A stretch of 64,000 nucleotides of DNA from Octopus vulgaris (lineage: Eukaryota). The stretch covers positions 107,446,001 through 107,510,000 of the forward strand of contig OX597816.1 of the NCBI GenBank assembly GCA_951406725.2, read 5' to 3'. The translations under genes were made by a program, and so were the position numbers. Position 1 is the first letter of the stretch. Each line of letters starts with the position of its first letter. Below, piece after piece: positions 23,597 through 37,762 of this stretch. Under the pieces are notes generated by a model. It searched no databases and was not told the origin of the DNA. It worked only from the letters and a program-made list of their open reading frames with translations.

Positions 23597-26500
23597 TTTT
23601 ATTACCCACAAGGGGCGAACAAAGAGGGGACAACACAATCTGATTTGGGGTCAGACTATCGGATGATTTTACATATATGATAAAATTAAAAATTTTAATA
23701 CAATAAAATCGAAAAAATCGGATGATAGGACAGACTGGAAGACATTACGGATGGAGGAGGGGTTAGCTCGGACCCCACGAGCCCCGCCTCGCCACTGATA
23801 CCTTGGTTTCAACCTGTCCCACATTTATGTGGTACCATTCATACGCAACATCTGTGCTACATTCTTCTATCGTTTTTTTTGAACACTTTCTCAGTCAGGC
23901 ATTTTCTCTCCAGCCCTATTTTCCTTTTCAGGTGGAAGATGAAGTAATTCATCAATCCAGGGCCAGAGATGAAATTGCCTGACTCTATACCTTTCAGCCT
24001 CGTCTTCCAAATCACCTCTCTCGCAATTGCAACTACACTGAGAAAACAATTCTTACCTTCTTTCAAGAGGAAATCCGGTGGGTCAATTTTTATAATAGAC
24101 TCAATCGACAGCTGTACTCTTCGTGTGTTTGACAACAGTTGTTCGGCATAAACCCACACCTCTGACACCTCCGGACATTGAACAATAGCGTGCGGGACGG
24201 TTTCCCTATCCCACTCGCTTCTTGGACATGTCGGATTGCCTCGGCTACCATGCCTTATGAGTTTGTCCCGAACAGGTAGAGTTCCTCTGTAACACTGCCA
24301 TGCCAGAGACTTCTGAAATTTGTCCAGGTTCTTCGGCCTGAATGTACGTCGGAACAGACTGGCCAGCTGATTATCATCGAGACCTAGGGTTTCCCCTAAA
24401 GTATCGTCACATTTCGCCTCTACCAGCCCTCTATAAAAGAATGTGGTGGAACCCCCACCGCAGGCGTTTCCCGAGCGACGGAATAGCGGGAGAGTCTTGC
24501 AAAACTCCGTAAACCATGTGCTCAGTTTCTATCTTCGATTCAACCAGGTTTCTCGTCCACCGAAACTAGTGAACTTGGGAAACGTCAATTTTGCCAGCGG
24601 AGACCACACCCGTTCACCATCAAGGTAGAGCCACAGATGCCTCAACCTCAGCGCATGTCTGCGCATCAACAGCCAAGGCATCCCTAGCCCACCCTTTAAC
24701 AGTTGTTGACAGCAAGTAGAGCGTTTCACAAGCGGTTTCTAGCCCCTCCGCAAAAAGTGAAAGAGCTGTCTTTCCAGCTTGGTCAACCACGAATCAGGGC
24801 AAGGAACGACGGATAGGCGATAGGTGATGACCGATGCGATAAACAGATTGGCTACCTCCGCCCTTCCTTTCAGGGATAGCCACCGCCAAGACCAGGTCTT
24901 GACTACTGCAGCCACCCTGCCCGATACCTCGACCTAGTTCTTTTCTATTTGGAGGTCTGGTCCAAACCAAACCCCTAGCAACTTAATCCGACCCTCCGTC
25001 CAACGTCCCACGACGCTGTCGGGAGGCATCGACTTGTAGGTGATCCATTTCGGTTACGATGATGGTGATGTCATCCGCGTAAGCTGACACCGATTTTCCA
25101 CAACCTGGCTGTCTCGGGATGCCGCTCAATTTTCGCAGTGATGGCTCAAGAGCCATTACGTACAAAAGCGGGGAGAGCGGACACCCTTGACGAACCGAGC
25201 GTTTGATGTTGAACGCCTTCGAAAAGAAGCTGTTCACCCGAACTACCGAGTCGATATTGTCATAAATCTGAATGATCCTCCTGAGGAAGCCAAGGCCCAG
25301 GCCGAACTGTACCACAACGGACACCAGGTAGCGATAGTCGACCCTATCAAAAGCTTTACATTGGTCTAAATGGACAAGTGCCCCACCCTTGCCAGAATCA
25401 CTATTAAACCCCTCTAAAGTGTACCGCATAAGATGGAGATTATCCTGAATGGTTCTGCCGGGAACGGCACATGTCTGTGCCTCCCCGATCAGTCCATCCG
25501 CGACACGCGCCAACCTTTTCGATAACACTTTGGCTAAAATCTTCAACTCTGTGTTTAGCAGTGATGGGCCGGAAATTATCAATACAATCCCCCTTGTTCG
25601 GGTCCTTTCTGACAAGCGTCACTACTCCCCGGCGCACAGATCTGGGAATAAACCCGTTCTGCTGCCAGTTCGCGTAGACATCTGTCAATAGGTGCCCGAA
25701 AAGTCTGGCATACTCTTATATAACTGATAGGGTAGACCATCCAGACCTGGCGCCTTACCCGCGCCGCAGTCCGCCATCATCTCAGCCACCTCCTCAGGCG
25801 TGATCGGCCCTTCATAGCTCTCCGCGTCTCGCCCGGATAGGCGCGGCAGCTCGTCGAGGAGGTCCGCAAAGTCCCTCCTAGTGTCCGGTCCGCCGTCCCC
25901 ACCAAAAAGCTGAGCGAAGTGCTCCTGAAAGGCCTCACACATCTCCTCGGGTTCGTCTATCAACTTACCTTGTTCGTTCGTCAAAGATCGAATTGTGGCA
26001 TCATTACCACGTTGAGCCTCCACCACTTGGGCCCATCCTGCGGCGTTGATTCCCTCACAATTCACTGCGCGGATCCTAGCCCTGACAATGCAGCCAATGT
26101 GTTTGGCCTCGAGGTGCTGGTTTAACGCCAGTCTCTTGGCCGTCACCTGAGCCGCAGAGCCAGTTTTCATGGCTTCCTCTAATTCCTTAACTTGAGTTGA
26201 TCCCCTCCTAGCCTCTCTAGCCACTAATCCTATGCTATATCTAATAGACTCGAATTTAATGGCCCGCTTGAGAGCATACCACCATTTATTATTAATGATG
26301 GCACCAGATAGTGCCCTCTGAATCAAAGTCCTAATCCCGTCTCTGTACTCCTTAATCGCCAAAAGGGACGTATTAAGTTTCCAATAACCGGAGCCTCTAT
26401 TATATACCTTATCTATGTCAAGCTTACAGGTGACCATTTTATGATCACTGTAGCTGACCGGGTAAAACTGTGGACACTTAGCTATTTCTCTATCTGCTTT

Positions 26501-28660
26501 TCTAATTAGTAATCTGTCTATGTACGACCTGGAAGATCCGTCGCTATTTGACCATGTCCACAATGGAGAGTTCGGAAATTCCAACCTATAAGGATCTGCC
26601 AGCTCAAAGCGTCTTAGCAATTCCAGGAAGCCATTGTTACCCTTTCTATCTGTCCACGAGCCAACACAATCTACATCCGCCTTGCAAATTGTGTTATAGT
26701 CTCCTAGCACAACTAATGAATGTGAAGTACTAAGAAACTTCTCCAGCTCTCGAAAATACTCACTTTGCCCAGTTTTTGGGGGTGCATAAATTGCAACCAG
26801 TCTGATAACTTTACCGTTACTGAACGTCAAATCCATGTCGCCCAGCCTACCTTCTGGATCTGAAAAAATTAACTTTTCTCAAAAACCCGGTTTCTTTTTA
26901 ATAGGACCAACACCCCACTCCCGCTGAAAGGACCGCCTGGAGAGAAAAAAACTCGACAGCGGGAGTAGATCTCTTGGCCCCTCTAACCGGGTTTCTGTAG
27001 TAACAATAACAGCCAAATTCCGCGACCTGACATCATTAAGGAAGCGACACTGCTTCCAGCTTGATCTGAGGTCACGCACATTTATGCAACCAACATTAAT
27101 GTGAGACATTGCTTACCTCAGTATCATTGGTTTGGCGTTCCTTCATTCTCTTTTTCTTTTTCACAGGCTCGTGGCATATTTGGATGTAGGCCCTCGTAAA
27201 TATATGGAGAAAAATCCATTCTTAGAGAGCCTACGTCGTGGAAAAATTCGGACTTAATCCGCCCGTAATCCATCCGGCCTATCCTGTAGATATGAAAGTC
27301 TTTTGAAGTCGTTTTTTCAACTCGTTTGGCAGTTGGGATAACTGCCAAATGGTTGAGCAGTCTATTATTTGAGGCCTTTATGGCCATGTATGTGTTTTCT
27401 TTCTTTTTTAAATTCACTTTGGGAGGGGTGGACTGTGTTTTTTTTTTCTTTTTCTTAGAAATTGTCGACCACCCCTCCTCTCTGTCTTTCTCTTCACTTT
27501 CTTCCGTTGTTGGTGATACAACTTTAGGTACTGGTGCTTCTGTTGGCATCGCTGCTGTCTCCTCCGGTGCTTCCTCCCTTCTTTCCTTTTCTTTTGGTGG
27601 GCACTTGGCCCTTATATGGCCCTTCAACCCGCAGTTGAAGCATCTCGGCTTTCGGCCTTCTACGTGGACTATGAGTAGCTCTCCTCCGCCAACATTTATG
27701 GCTTCTGGGATTTCCTCGAGTGTAGTCACCTCGGCTTGAATTGCCATTGTCAAGCTCTGGCCTCTCCACCGGTCTTCCTCTACCACTGAGGCCTGGAGAA
27801 TATTTATTTTTTCCTCCGGCCTAGGGTTATTGCTGCCACTAAGCAAGTGGCATCCACCTCAGGGGGATATTTATATTTATTTTTGAGGTTCTTCTTCCTA
27901 TATATATTGGGAGAACCACCTCCTCTTATCTCAGTGTCTCCGACGAGTACCTCTTTGCTGCCTCCTCCGTTTTAAATCTTACCTCCACCGTACCGAATCT
28001 TTTTCCTCGGTTGATGTAGGTGATTTCTTGTAAGATTGTTTCGAGGCATTTTTCCACTTTGTTCTCTTCAATTCGCTGTATCATTTTTTTTTCTATACTG
28101 CATGTTTTGTAAATTATTCTTATCCTATTCACAGCATCTGTCTCTTCCTCTGTTGCAGCTACTGTTATTTCTGTTCCATTCCTTTTTAATACGTGTGTAT
28201 ATTTCTCCAGGTTGGACCTTTCTGTATTTATTTTCTTCACTTTTTTTCCCGCTACCTCTGCGAATTTCTTTGGTGAGGTAGCTGGTATATTTCCCTTTTG
28301 TTTTTCCGGCGTTATTGCCGGTAGACTATCTTCTTCACCTGACACAGGTGAGTAGGAAATTGGTGTTTCCATAATGAGTTGGCTAAAAAGCCTTTCAAAA
28401 ATTGGCTTAAAAAGCCTTTCGCAAGAGATGGCTTCAGAAGCATTTTCACAAAAATGGCTTAAATTGCCGCAGGATAACAATAATTCCCCCGCAGGAGGGA
28501 ATTTCAACAACTAGCTTTCGAAGAAAGCAATTAACAGTTCTGTTTTTTATTTTTGAAAAACAATAATAATATTCACAGTAACAAATAACAGTAATCACAG
28601 AAACAAATTCACACGTACCAAAGTAGTAGTTTAACAAACAAACCACCAGCATAACATGCT
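23597..28660 (-). mobile_element. Near full-length Tx1/L1-clade LINE (ORF1 with zinc knuckle; ORF2 with APE, RT and C-terminal domain), multiple frameshifts
   Basis: ORF1 spans about 28372-27124. ORF2 starts at 27109: INVGCINVR, IYAP, VLGDYN, SYIDRLL, SDHK, GYWKLN, KAPGLDGLP, DQCKAFDRV, SVRQGCPLSPLLY, AYADD and GGLGMP. The tail lies at about 23597. Confidence 0.92.
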
Positions 28661-29771
28661 GTCAGTTCGACTAGCACGAAAAATCTGGGAAAACCAGACT
28701 TTCGGCTGATTGGGTCCATAGGGTCAAAACAGCTTTTGCCCCCTACCAATCAGCCGTAAGCAGAATTTTTACATTAAGTAGCTTGGTACTGCTACCACCC
28801 AGACCCCGGCGGATAGAATCCTCTATCCACTCGGGCTCAATTCCGGGTGGCAAACCGCAGACCATGAAATGAACTTTCAAATTTTTTAGCATTGTTAAGC
28901 TCAAGAAATGTTATGTTCTGGATTGCAAATATCGGGTTTCCAGATTTTGTTTTATTTTTTTAACCACACGGTGGGTGACTCACTGGGGGTAGTTGTCTAG
29001 CCAGATACATAAAATGACTTCCTATTTTAACACGCATTTCTTTGTAGTTTTTCTGTTTAAGGCTGACAGAGGTATTCCCGAACAGCTCTGCCCATTTCAA
29101 ATGTAGATACAAATTCAAAAGCAACCACTGAATTTGAGAAGGCGACTGTCACATTTCTACCGATAAAAAACAGGTCCACGCTAGAAGGTTCAAGTAGCAG
29201 CAAACCTATTCCGACTGTCCCTTTCCTATGACTTTAAGGCTTTTCAAGTAAAATAAAAATTATATTTAAAAAATGCTTATCTCTTTGTCTCTTTTGTTCT
29301 CTCTCTCTTTAATACATATTATTTCATTTTTTTGATGTTTAGTTATAAAAAATAATTTAATATAAACAATTTTTATCATAACATATAAAAAAACCCAAAC
29401 GATTTTACATTAATCAGATGGATTACTCTATATTTTTCTGAAGTAAAAATTTATTTTTAATAATATACATATATATATATATAATCCTGACACAACCAAT
29501 CTAATCTGGATCTGTTGTTTATAAGCTGCTGCTGTGAACGTCCCGACAAATAATTTCATATATAAAAGTGATAAAATTCATCGTAATTCTATATCAGCTG
29601 ACTAAATTTCGCCAGTAACGACGGATAGCAATACCGTATCACGTGATTTCCCCGTATTGCGTATCGTCAGTGATAACCAGCCTCGTACCTAATGTCAGAA
29701 CGTAAATCAGTCAAACCGATATAGTATAATATTGGCTGGATGGACGGAGATCTACCTCCATCACTATATTC

Positions 29772-29821
<50 letters not shown>

Positions 29822-31095
29822 AATTAACGTAAACGAATAATAAAATATGAACGTGATGAGGTGCACAAATGTATTAGCTCGATGGTATATGGGAAAACCT
29901 GTCGGATATCACTAAATAAACAACTGAGAAAACAACAGTTTTGATTGTGACCCCATTTCCTGAGTTGTTTACTTAGTGGCATCCGACAAGTTTTCTCATG
30001 CTCTCACTCTCTTTCTCACTCACACATTCTCAAACTTTTTCATTTGTGTATATGAAACCGTATGCAGGAAGTAGCAACACTATTTTCTTGATTTGAAAGA
30101 AAGGAAAAAAAAAAAAGCTTCATAAAAGAAATACTAGAAAAATCAATGTTTACTTTAAAGTGCTGCCAGTTTTACTTTAATCAGTCGGATATATTATTGA
30201 TACTTACTTCATCTGCCCCAGGGAAGAAGACCAGCGAAGTAGAATCCTATCATCGAAATTTACAGAGTGACGTCACTAAATGCTGTCTGACAATGTTACA
30301 CCTAACAAATTTGGCGAGTTTGTCATCTTGTAATCTGTCAATAATAATTAATAGAAAAATATGTCATAAAGAATTGCATTGTACGCGTAAATATTATTCA
30401 TGTATGCTATATCGGTTATACTAGTATATTAGTAAAATTTTCATTAATCTTAGATATGTTGAAATGATTTACATGAAAAATTCTCAAATTTGAAATAGTT
30501 TACATTCATTGGAGAGTGAAGTTATATATATATATATATATATATAGTGTATGCATATGCATGTATGCAAATGTATGAATATGTGTGTACTCGCATATAG
30601 TCTAACGAAGTATTGAACGAACAATTTATTTAATGAGGTGTTACCAGCGAATAACTGACCCATCAGTAAAATGTCCGCTTGATGTTGTGGAAGATATGAA
30701 TTTTGAATTACATATTTTAAATCGACCTTACGATCGAAATCTCATTAATATTGTATTTATCGGGTAGGATGGCTGCAATAAAAAAGCCCCTTTTCCTTTG
30801 AAAACTTTATTCAATTTTGAATTACTAAAAACTTACAATTATGATAAAACATTCAACAGAGTGTTAAAATATCACTATTTTGGTTGGTTGGTTGGTTGAC
30901 TCTATGGTTTGACTCTCTTAGCTGGTGTAGTTGTTAGTTAACTCCATGTCTGTCACGGTCGAACAGACTTATAAGAAAAAGCCTTGAAGCTATGAAAATA
31001 TGAGTGTTTTCTTACATTGCAAATATAGGAGTACATTATTTGCATACATGAATGCATAGGCAGCGCTTTCTTTCTAAGAAGAATTCTAATAAATA

Positions 31096-31916
31096 TTGAG
31101 TCATCCCATGAATAATGCAGTTTTTACCAAATTAAGATAAACAAAGTTCTTTTTAAATCTAAAAATACTCTCAATTTTCTACAGTGCTCTTCCATCTATC
31201 TGATAGTGTTGCAGGGCCCCTCTTCCAAAATTCACTTGACGGTGAAGAAAAATACTCCTCCAGTACAGCTCTGACTTCATCTACAGAATTCATCTTTTTT
31301 TCCCGTTCAAATGTGGAATAAATGATAATCAGATGGGGCAATGTCAGGTGAATATGGAGAGTAGGGCATCGTTTCCCATTCAAAATGCTCCAGCCTTTGG
31401 AATGTCATCCTCGCCCTATGTATCCGAGCACTATCATGATTGAAGAACACCTTTCGTTTTGAAACCAAAGATGGTCGTTTTTCTTCTAGCGCTAACTGGA
31501 ATGATTGGTTAAATGACCAAATTCAAGCTTTTCTGATAGTTTCTCAATAGTTACGATGGGATTTTGTTCCAACAGGGTTTGCAGGACGTCCTCATCGAGC
31601 TCTACAGATCTTCCAGTATGAAGCTCGTCTTCTAGGCTGTACTTTCCGGCTCGGAATTTCTGGAACCACTGTTGACACTGGCTTACGCTTATTGTCCGAT
31701 CCCTATACACTGCATAAATATTCCTCGCGCTTTCCGCTGTGTTGTTGCCTCTATTGAACTTATAAATCGAAATATACCGAGTGTTCTCCTTTGTAGCTTA
31801 CAGCTTTGAAAAAATAACTGTTGAAATCGAACTTCACTCTTCAAATCTTGCACTACCTGCTTTTATATCAAGTTGATGCAATTGAAAAAAAACACATCAT
31901 TTATGGGATGACCCAA
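31096..31916 (-). mobile_element. Internally deleted mariner transposon
   Basis: TA-flanked TIRs TTGAGTCATCCCATGAATAATG / revcomp TTGGGTCATCCCATAAATGATG. Transposase remnants CQQWFQKFRAG...LEDE..GR and FWKRG..L.DRW. Confidence 0.85.
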
Positions 31917-32781
31917 TATACATACATACGTGTGTGTGCGTGGTGGGTTACTAGATGTATAAACCATATATAGATCATATTAATTCATGTAAATGAAGCA
32001 TTTCTTCACTGAAAGAGCTCTGCAACTCCTTTAGTCGGGGCTGTAAAAAATATTCAAATGAATGAAATGAACAGGAAAAAATAAATTTTAAATACGCACG
32101 CAAGCACCTGTATTGTTACATTCTGGGACGGTCATTTGTTTTTGCCAAATAAACACAGGCACTATATATTCGTTCTTCACTTCATCTTTATTATTGTTCA
32201 TATTTTACTGTCCTATGTCTTAAACGTTACATCACCCCTCGTGTGACCTCTTCAGCGTCACTCCATCCCACAAGTCTACTTCTGTTTAGTCCATCTCATT
32301 TAATTTTTTTTTTCTCTAAGATGCCATGATTTTTCGACAAATTTTTATCTCTGCAGCTGGTGTTAATACAAATGGTAGTCAGCCACGAAGGGTTAATATA
32401 TAAAGCGATATGGAATTGGAAAAAAAAAAAGAAAGGAACATAGCGAACGCTTTTATATAGTACAGAAAAATAATTCTGTTTTGTGAGAAAGGAAAAATAA
32501 CAGTCAGTCCTACTGGGAAATATATTAAGTCAGAACGAATATAATATCCGGGAGCTAACAGCACACGTGCATACACAGTCACTTTCGTGTGTGTGTGTTT
32601 GTGCATGCACATGTAATGTTTGCAGAGTTTTCATGCTAGAACGCAAAGTGATCAATATATACTCTGTTGGACTAATTGGATTAACTCTTCATACTTTTGG
32701 CGAATCTTACTTCTCAGTCTCACGGATGAGAGCGATGAGCCTCAAAAGAATACATACGTAACCGAAAAGTATATATATACA

Positions 32782-33010
32782 TAGGCGCAAGCTTACCTCC
32801 CAACCACATGGTCCCGAGTTCAGTCCCACTGCATGGTATCATGGGCAAGTCTCATCTACTATAGCCTCAGGACAACCAAAGCCACGTGCGTGGATTTGGT
32901 AGACATAAACTGAAAGAAGCCCATAGCAAATATATATGTCCTGGGGTCGATTTTTTTAGACTAAAGGCGGTGCTCCAGCATGGCCGCAGTCAAAAGACTG
33001 AAACGAAAAA
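32782..33010 (+). mobile_element. tRNA-derived SINE (octopus-type), partial; related copies at about 33780-33900, 43390-43460 with 43560-43750, and 59930-60012 (-)
   Basis: Recurrent CTTCCCAAC..CATGG..GGTTCAGT(C/T)CCACTGC.TGG..TGGGCAAG..TACTATAGCCTC and GACTAAAGGCGGTG(C/T)TCCAGCATGGCCGCAGTC motifs. Confidence 0.7.
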
Positions 33011-33307
33011 AAACAATGTACTTGATTTCTGGATAATTATATGTTCATACACACACGCACACACATATATACACAAATTTGTTGTTTGTTTTTATGTTCA
33101 GTTATAACAAAAGCAATTTTACATCAATCTGATGGGTTACTCTATACTGTTGTACAGTACAAATTTATTATTCTGATACAAGAATGTTGTTGACAGTGAC
33201 TTTGAAGTTTTGGCAGTGTGACGAGGGTTTAAGTGGTCGAAACGTCGAAGTTACTGTCAATAACATTCCTGTATAAGAATAATATATAAAATACCACACA
33301 AACACGC

Positions 33308-33348
<41 letters not shown>

Positions 33349-33684
33349 CCAAAAAATAAGCAACAAGAATGGACCCGGTAATTTAGTACAATTGTTTCAT
33401 ACTATAACAATTTATTAAAGCTGCAAATATTACAGCTAATTTCATATAGTAATCTTCAGCTAATTTCATATAGGTTTTCCAATAATGTAACGTTCTTTCT
33501 CCTAACTCCCACTATAAATTCTGATGGCTTTCATTTGAAAGCAAGGTGTGGTTACCGGATCCATTCTTGTTGCTTATTTTTTGGTTATAATCACCCCACA
33601 TAGTTTTATGGGTAATACCATAAAAAATTCTGGTGCATCTAAATTAAGTACCATATTCATTTGAATCTAAATTGTTTTGCTGAA

Positions 33685-33772
<88 letters not shown>

Positions 33773-33999
33773 CAAATTATAGGCGTGGTTGTGTGGAAGC
33801 AAGCTTGCTTCCCAACTGCATGGCTCCGGGTTCAGTTCCACTGCGTGGCACATTGCGCAAGAAGTATCTTTTATTATAGCTTCGGGGTGACCACAAACAC
33901 AATATCCCCACACTAGAGCACAAACACGCACACATTCCAAGAAAAAACGCATACATATGTACTCTTACAATACAATTCCAGCAACCATAACCAACACTC

Positions 34000-34740
34000 A
34001 CATACACATACGTAAACACGTACATGCACACACATACACACACCACCCTGACAATCACAAATCACATTCATACAAACACACGGACACACACACAACCCCT
34101 GATAAATACAACACACTCATACACACACACTCACACATACCCACACACATACATTTGCGCCCTCACACACACATAAGGTAGCTCTCTCTCACGCACACCA
34201 CAGGACAATTATAACAACACAAACGTACTTAGACACACACACACACGTACACTCACACCCACGTACACACACACACTCGCGTACACACACATAACATCCC
34301 CACCAGCAAAAAACACATAAACATACACACGCACACACACAGATGCGCACATACACACACGCGAACAAACACATACGCACACAACACCCAGACAAATACT
34401 ATTCACACACATACACACACAATACCAGGACAATTATAACAACACATACATACTCACGTACACACACACACCCACGTACACACACACTCACGTAAACACA
34501 CATAACATCCCCACCAAAGCAAAACACACGAACATACACACGCACACACAGACGCACATGCGAACAAATACATCCACACATACGCACACACAACACCCTG
34601 ACAAATACTAATCACACACATACATACACAAACTTGCACACGTATACTCACACCACCCTACCAAATATTAAACACAAGCACATGTATATATACTCACACA
34701 CAGAGACGTGCACAAAGACACACACACTCACACCATTCTG
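34000..34740. repeat. CA-rich complex minisatellite with a duplicated unit of about 225 bp
   Basis: CCAGGACAATTATAACAACAC...ATAACATCCCCACC...ACAAATACTA occurs at about 34198 and again at about 34425. Confidence 0.7.
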
Positions 34741-35228
34741 ACCTCTAAGACCAGTCCCCCAAACCACTGAACCATGACAGACTAGCACAGAAACAAAAAA
34801 AAATCCCTTTAATTCCACATTGCTCTACCTGCCCCCAACCAACATCCCACTGTCCCTTTTGATAGCAAACATTCCTTAGATACACACAAGAGAAAATGTC
34901 AGAAAGGTCAGTTATTCCCCTACAATTTTTTGTAAATTCTTAAATATATCTCCTTCTGTGTATATATATATACTACCAAACAAACATGATTTTTATTGAA
35001 CTCTACTTTTTGGAGTCCCGTTCTGATTACTTTCTCAAATACTTTCTTGTAAACTGTTTTTAACATTTTCTTATTATTATCAAAGAATAAATTTCTGTTT
35101 TTTAACCAGTACTTAACACTACGAAGCTCATACAAAGCTTTACATTTTACTTTTGATAATGTTTTTCTAAAAAAGTGAAACCGGTTAAGTAATTAACATC
35201 TTTAAAATTGCATTTTCAAACCTCCTTT

Positions 35229-35292
<64 letters not shown>

Positions 35293-36361
35293 GACATTAA
35301 TTACAATTAAACCACTGAAATATCAAAAGTATAGAGCAGCATTGACTGGATTGGATCAATATAACTGTTATTTATTTTGGATGTCTTCTATTATTCTCGT
35401 CTCAATTGACTCGAAGTGCAGATTCTTGTATGAACGCTTGACTGATGGCAAGCAGTGTTCACTAGTAACTTCTCAAAAGTAGTGTATTTTAACAAATGAT
35501 CTTTTACCAAACTTGTGATATACTACGCTTTAGGTCTCTGCTTTAAAAATAATGTTCGATTCATCTAAAATGTGAAGGGGGTACTTACATTCAATATTGG
35601 CTTTCATGTTGGATAAACTTGTCATAGACATAATCCGAAAAACCTATATACTGGTATGTAACAAAATTACATTTAAAACACTCTAGCTAGAATTTCCCCT
35701 AAGCTCACCAGAAATGAGAGATAGAGATCTGCAAAGTGTACCTGTCCAAAATACTCTTTATGCACAATTACGATATAAAACTGAAGCTATGAATGTCATC
35801 AAGGCAAGCAATAAATATGAAATATTTCAGAAATGAAGACCATGGCTGGAAAAAAGAAAAAGAAATTTTAAAAATAGAAAATACAATAGTAAGAAAGAAT
35901 ATCTAAAGTTGCTTAACTAGATAAATCACTGACAAAAGAAAAAACTTTAGATAAGCCTTAGAAATTGATAGTGAAACAAAATTAATTATCTCATGAAATT
36001 GGGAGCAATGTGAACAATAAAAGCAATAAAAAAAAAACTCAAAAATCTTAAATCTTGTACGGATTTACCAAAGAAACAAATTTAGGTTTTTACAAATTAG
36101 GCCAGTGTTTATGAAAAGTAGTTCACTTATTGCAGATCGTCGAAAAGACAAGAGAAATTGTGAATTAACAAACCAAATTCTAACAACCTTACTAGTATGT
36201 GCATAGGGATGAATCAGATGAGTTATTGAACAGTATATTTATATAAATGTAATCGACAGACAGCAGTTAAATATATTATATTATATTATATTATATTATA
36301 TTATATTATATTATATTATATTATATTATATTATATTATATTATATTATATTATATTATAT

Positions 36362-36413
<52 letters not shown>

Positions 36414-36871
36414 AGGTTGAAAAGGGACACACGAGTTGATATATATGGAAAATAGTCAAGATAGAAAATACTAAAATAATTTTATAAAAAACATTTCAGT
36501 ACCGGTTTCAGTCATTGAGACTTTTTCAACTGTAAGTATGGAAAGGAAAACAATTAAATTTCGAAAATTATTAAAAGAAAAGATTTTTTAAAAGAATAAT
36601 TGTATAGTGTTCAAATACAAGTGGCATTTTCCTTGTTTCTGCCTGTATCTGTCTCTCTTGTTTACTATTGTGGGTTCGAGTTCGTTGTGAATTCTTGGTA
36701 GGGAAGAAGAAGAAGAGGAGGAATGTGGGAGTGCCATGGCAGCAGTTTGTTGAATGGTCAGCTGCGCTGCCCCAAAAATGACCCGCTGTGGATGATAGTA
36801 GTCACTGTTCAATTCATGATATCTCTTTTGAATGTTTTGTTTATAAAATTTTAGAATAACACCTACGCAAA

Positions 36872-36991
<120 letters not shown>

Positions 36992-37229
36992 AATGTAGGA
37001 TAAAATTTTTTTTCGAAAAAATAATTCTTTTCGAAAAAAATCTTATCAATGGCCAGCATATTAAAAAATACCTTTAAAGGTTAAATTTATAAACAATTCA
37101 TAAATAAGGGCAAACGAAAAAATTTCTAATGCCAAATATGCTGAAAAATTGGACATATTGTCCATTAACCATATAATTTTTTCACAATACGCACGCTACT
37201 CGAAAAAAGATCGACAGAAAATTCTAAAA

Positions 37230-37284
37230 GTATCGGACCGATTTCAGGGTTAGCTCATAACAGCCCTCCCTTCGTCAGTGATAC
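37230..37284 (-). ncRNA. Minimal hammerhead ribozyme motif (Penelope-type)
   Basis: GTATC-A-CTGACGA-AGGG..CCCT-GAAA-TCG-GTC-C-GATAC. Confidence 0.6.
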
Positions 37285-37377
37285 ATGTGGCAAAAGAAAT
37301 AAATGAGATACTTACTCATACCCATGGAAGAAGCAAACACTAAGTCATGAGCACAATTAAGTACCCCAAATACATGA

Positions 37378-37443
<66 letters not shown>

Positions 37444-37590
37444 GAAATAGAAAGATGAATAATCTTGTTGCAGATTAATCAAAAGTTTAACCGATACCTT
37501 GGTAGCAAAAATCACAGCAGAAGACAGCACGGTTGGAGGTACAACCCTATGGTGTTGCAACCGTGCGTTGGTGCGGATAATTGAATTTTA

Positions 37591-37762
37591 ATATTATTAG
37601 TGAATTGAAGAAATGGAGTTGAACGAAGATTGAACAGAAATCGTTTTATTGCATTCTACACGTGTATTGGAATTTGGTAAATTGTGCCTTTCGAAACACG
37701 TGTAGAATGCAATAAAACGATTTCTGTTCAATCTTCGTTCAACTCCATTTCTTCAATTCACT

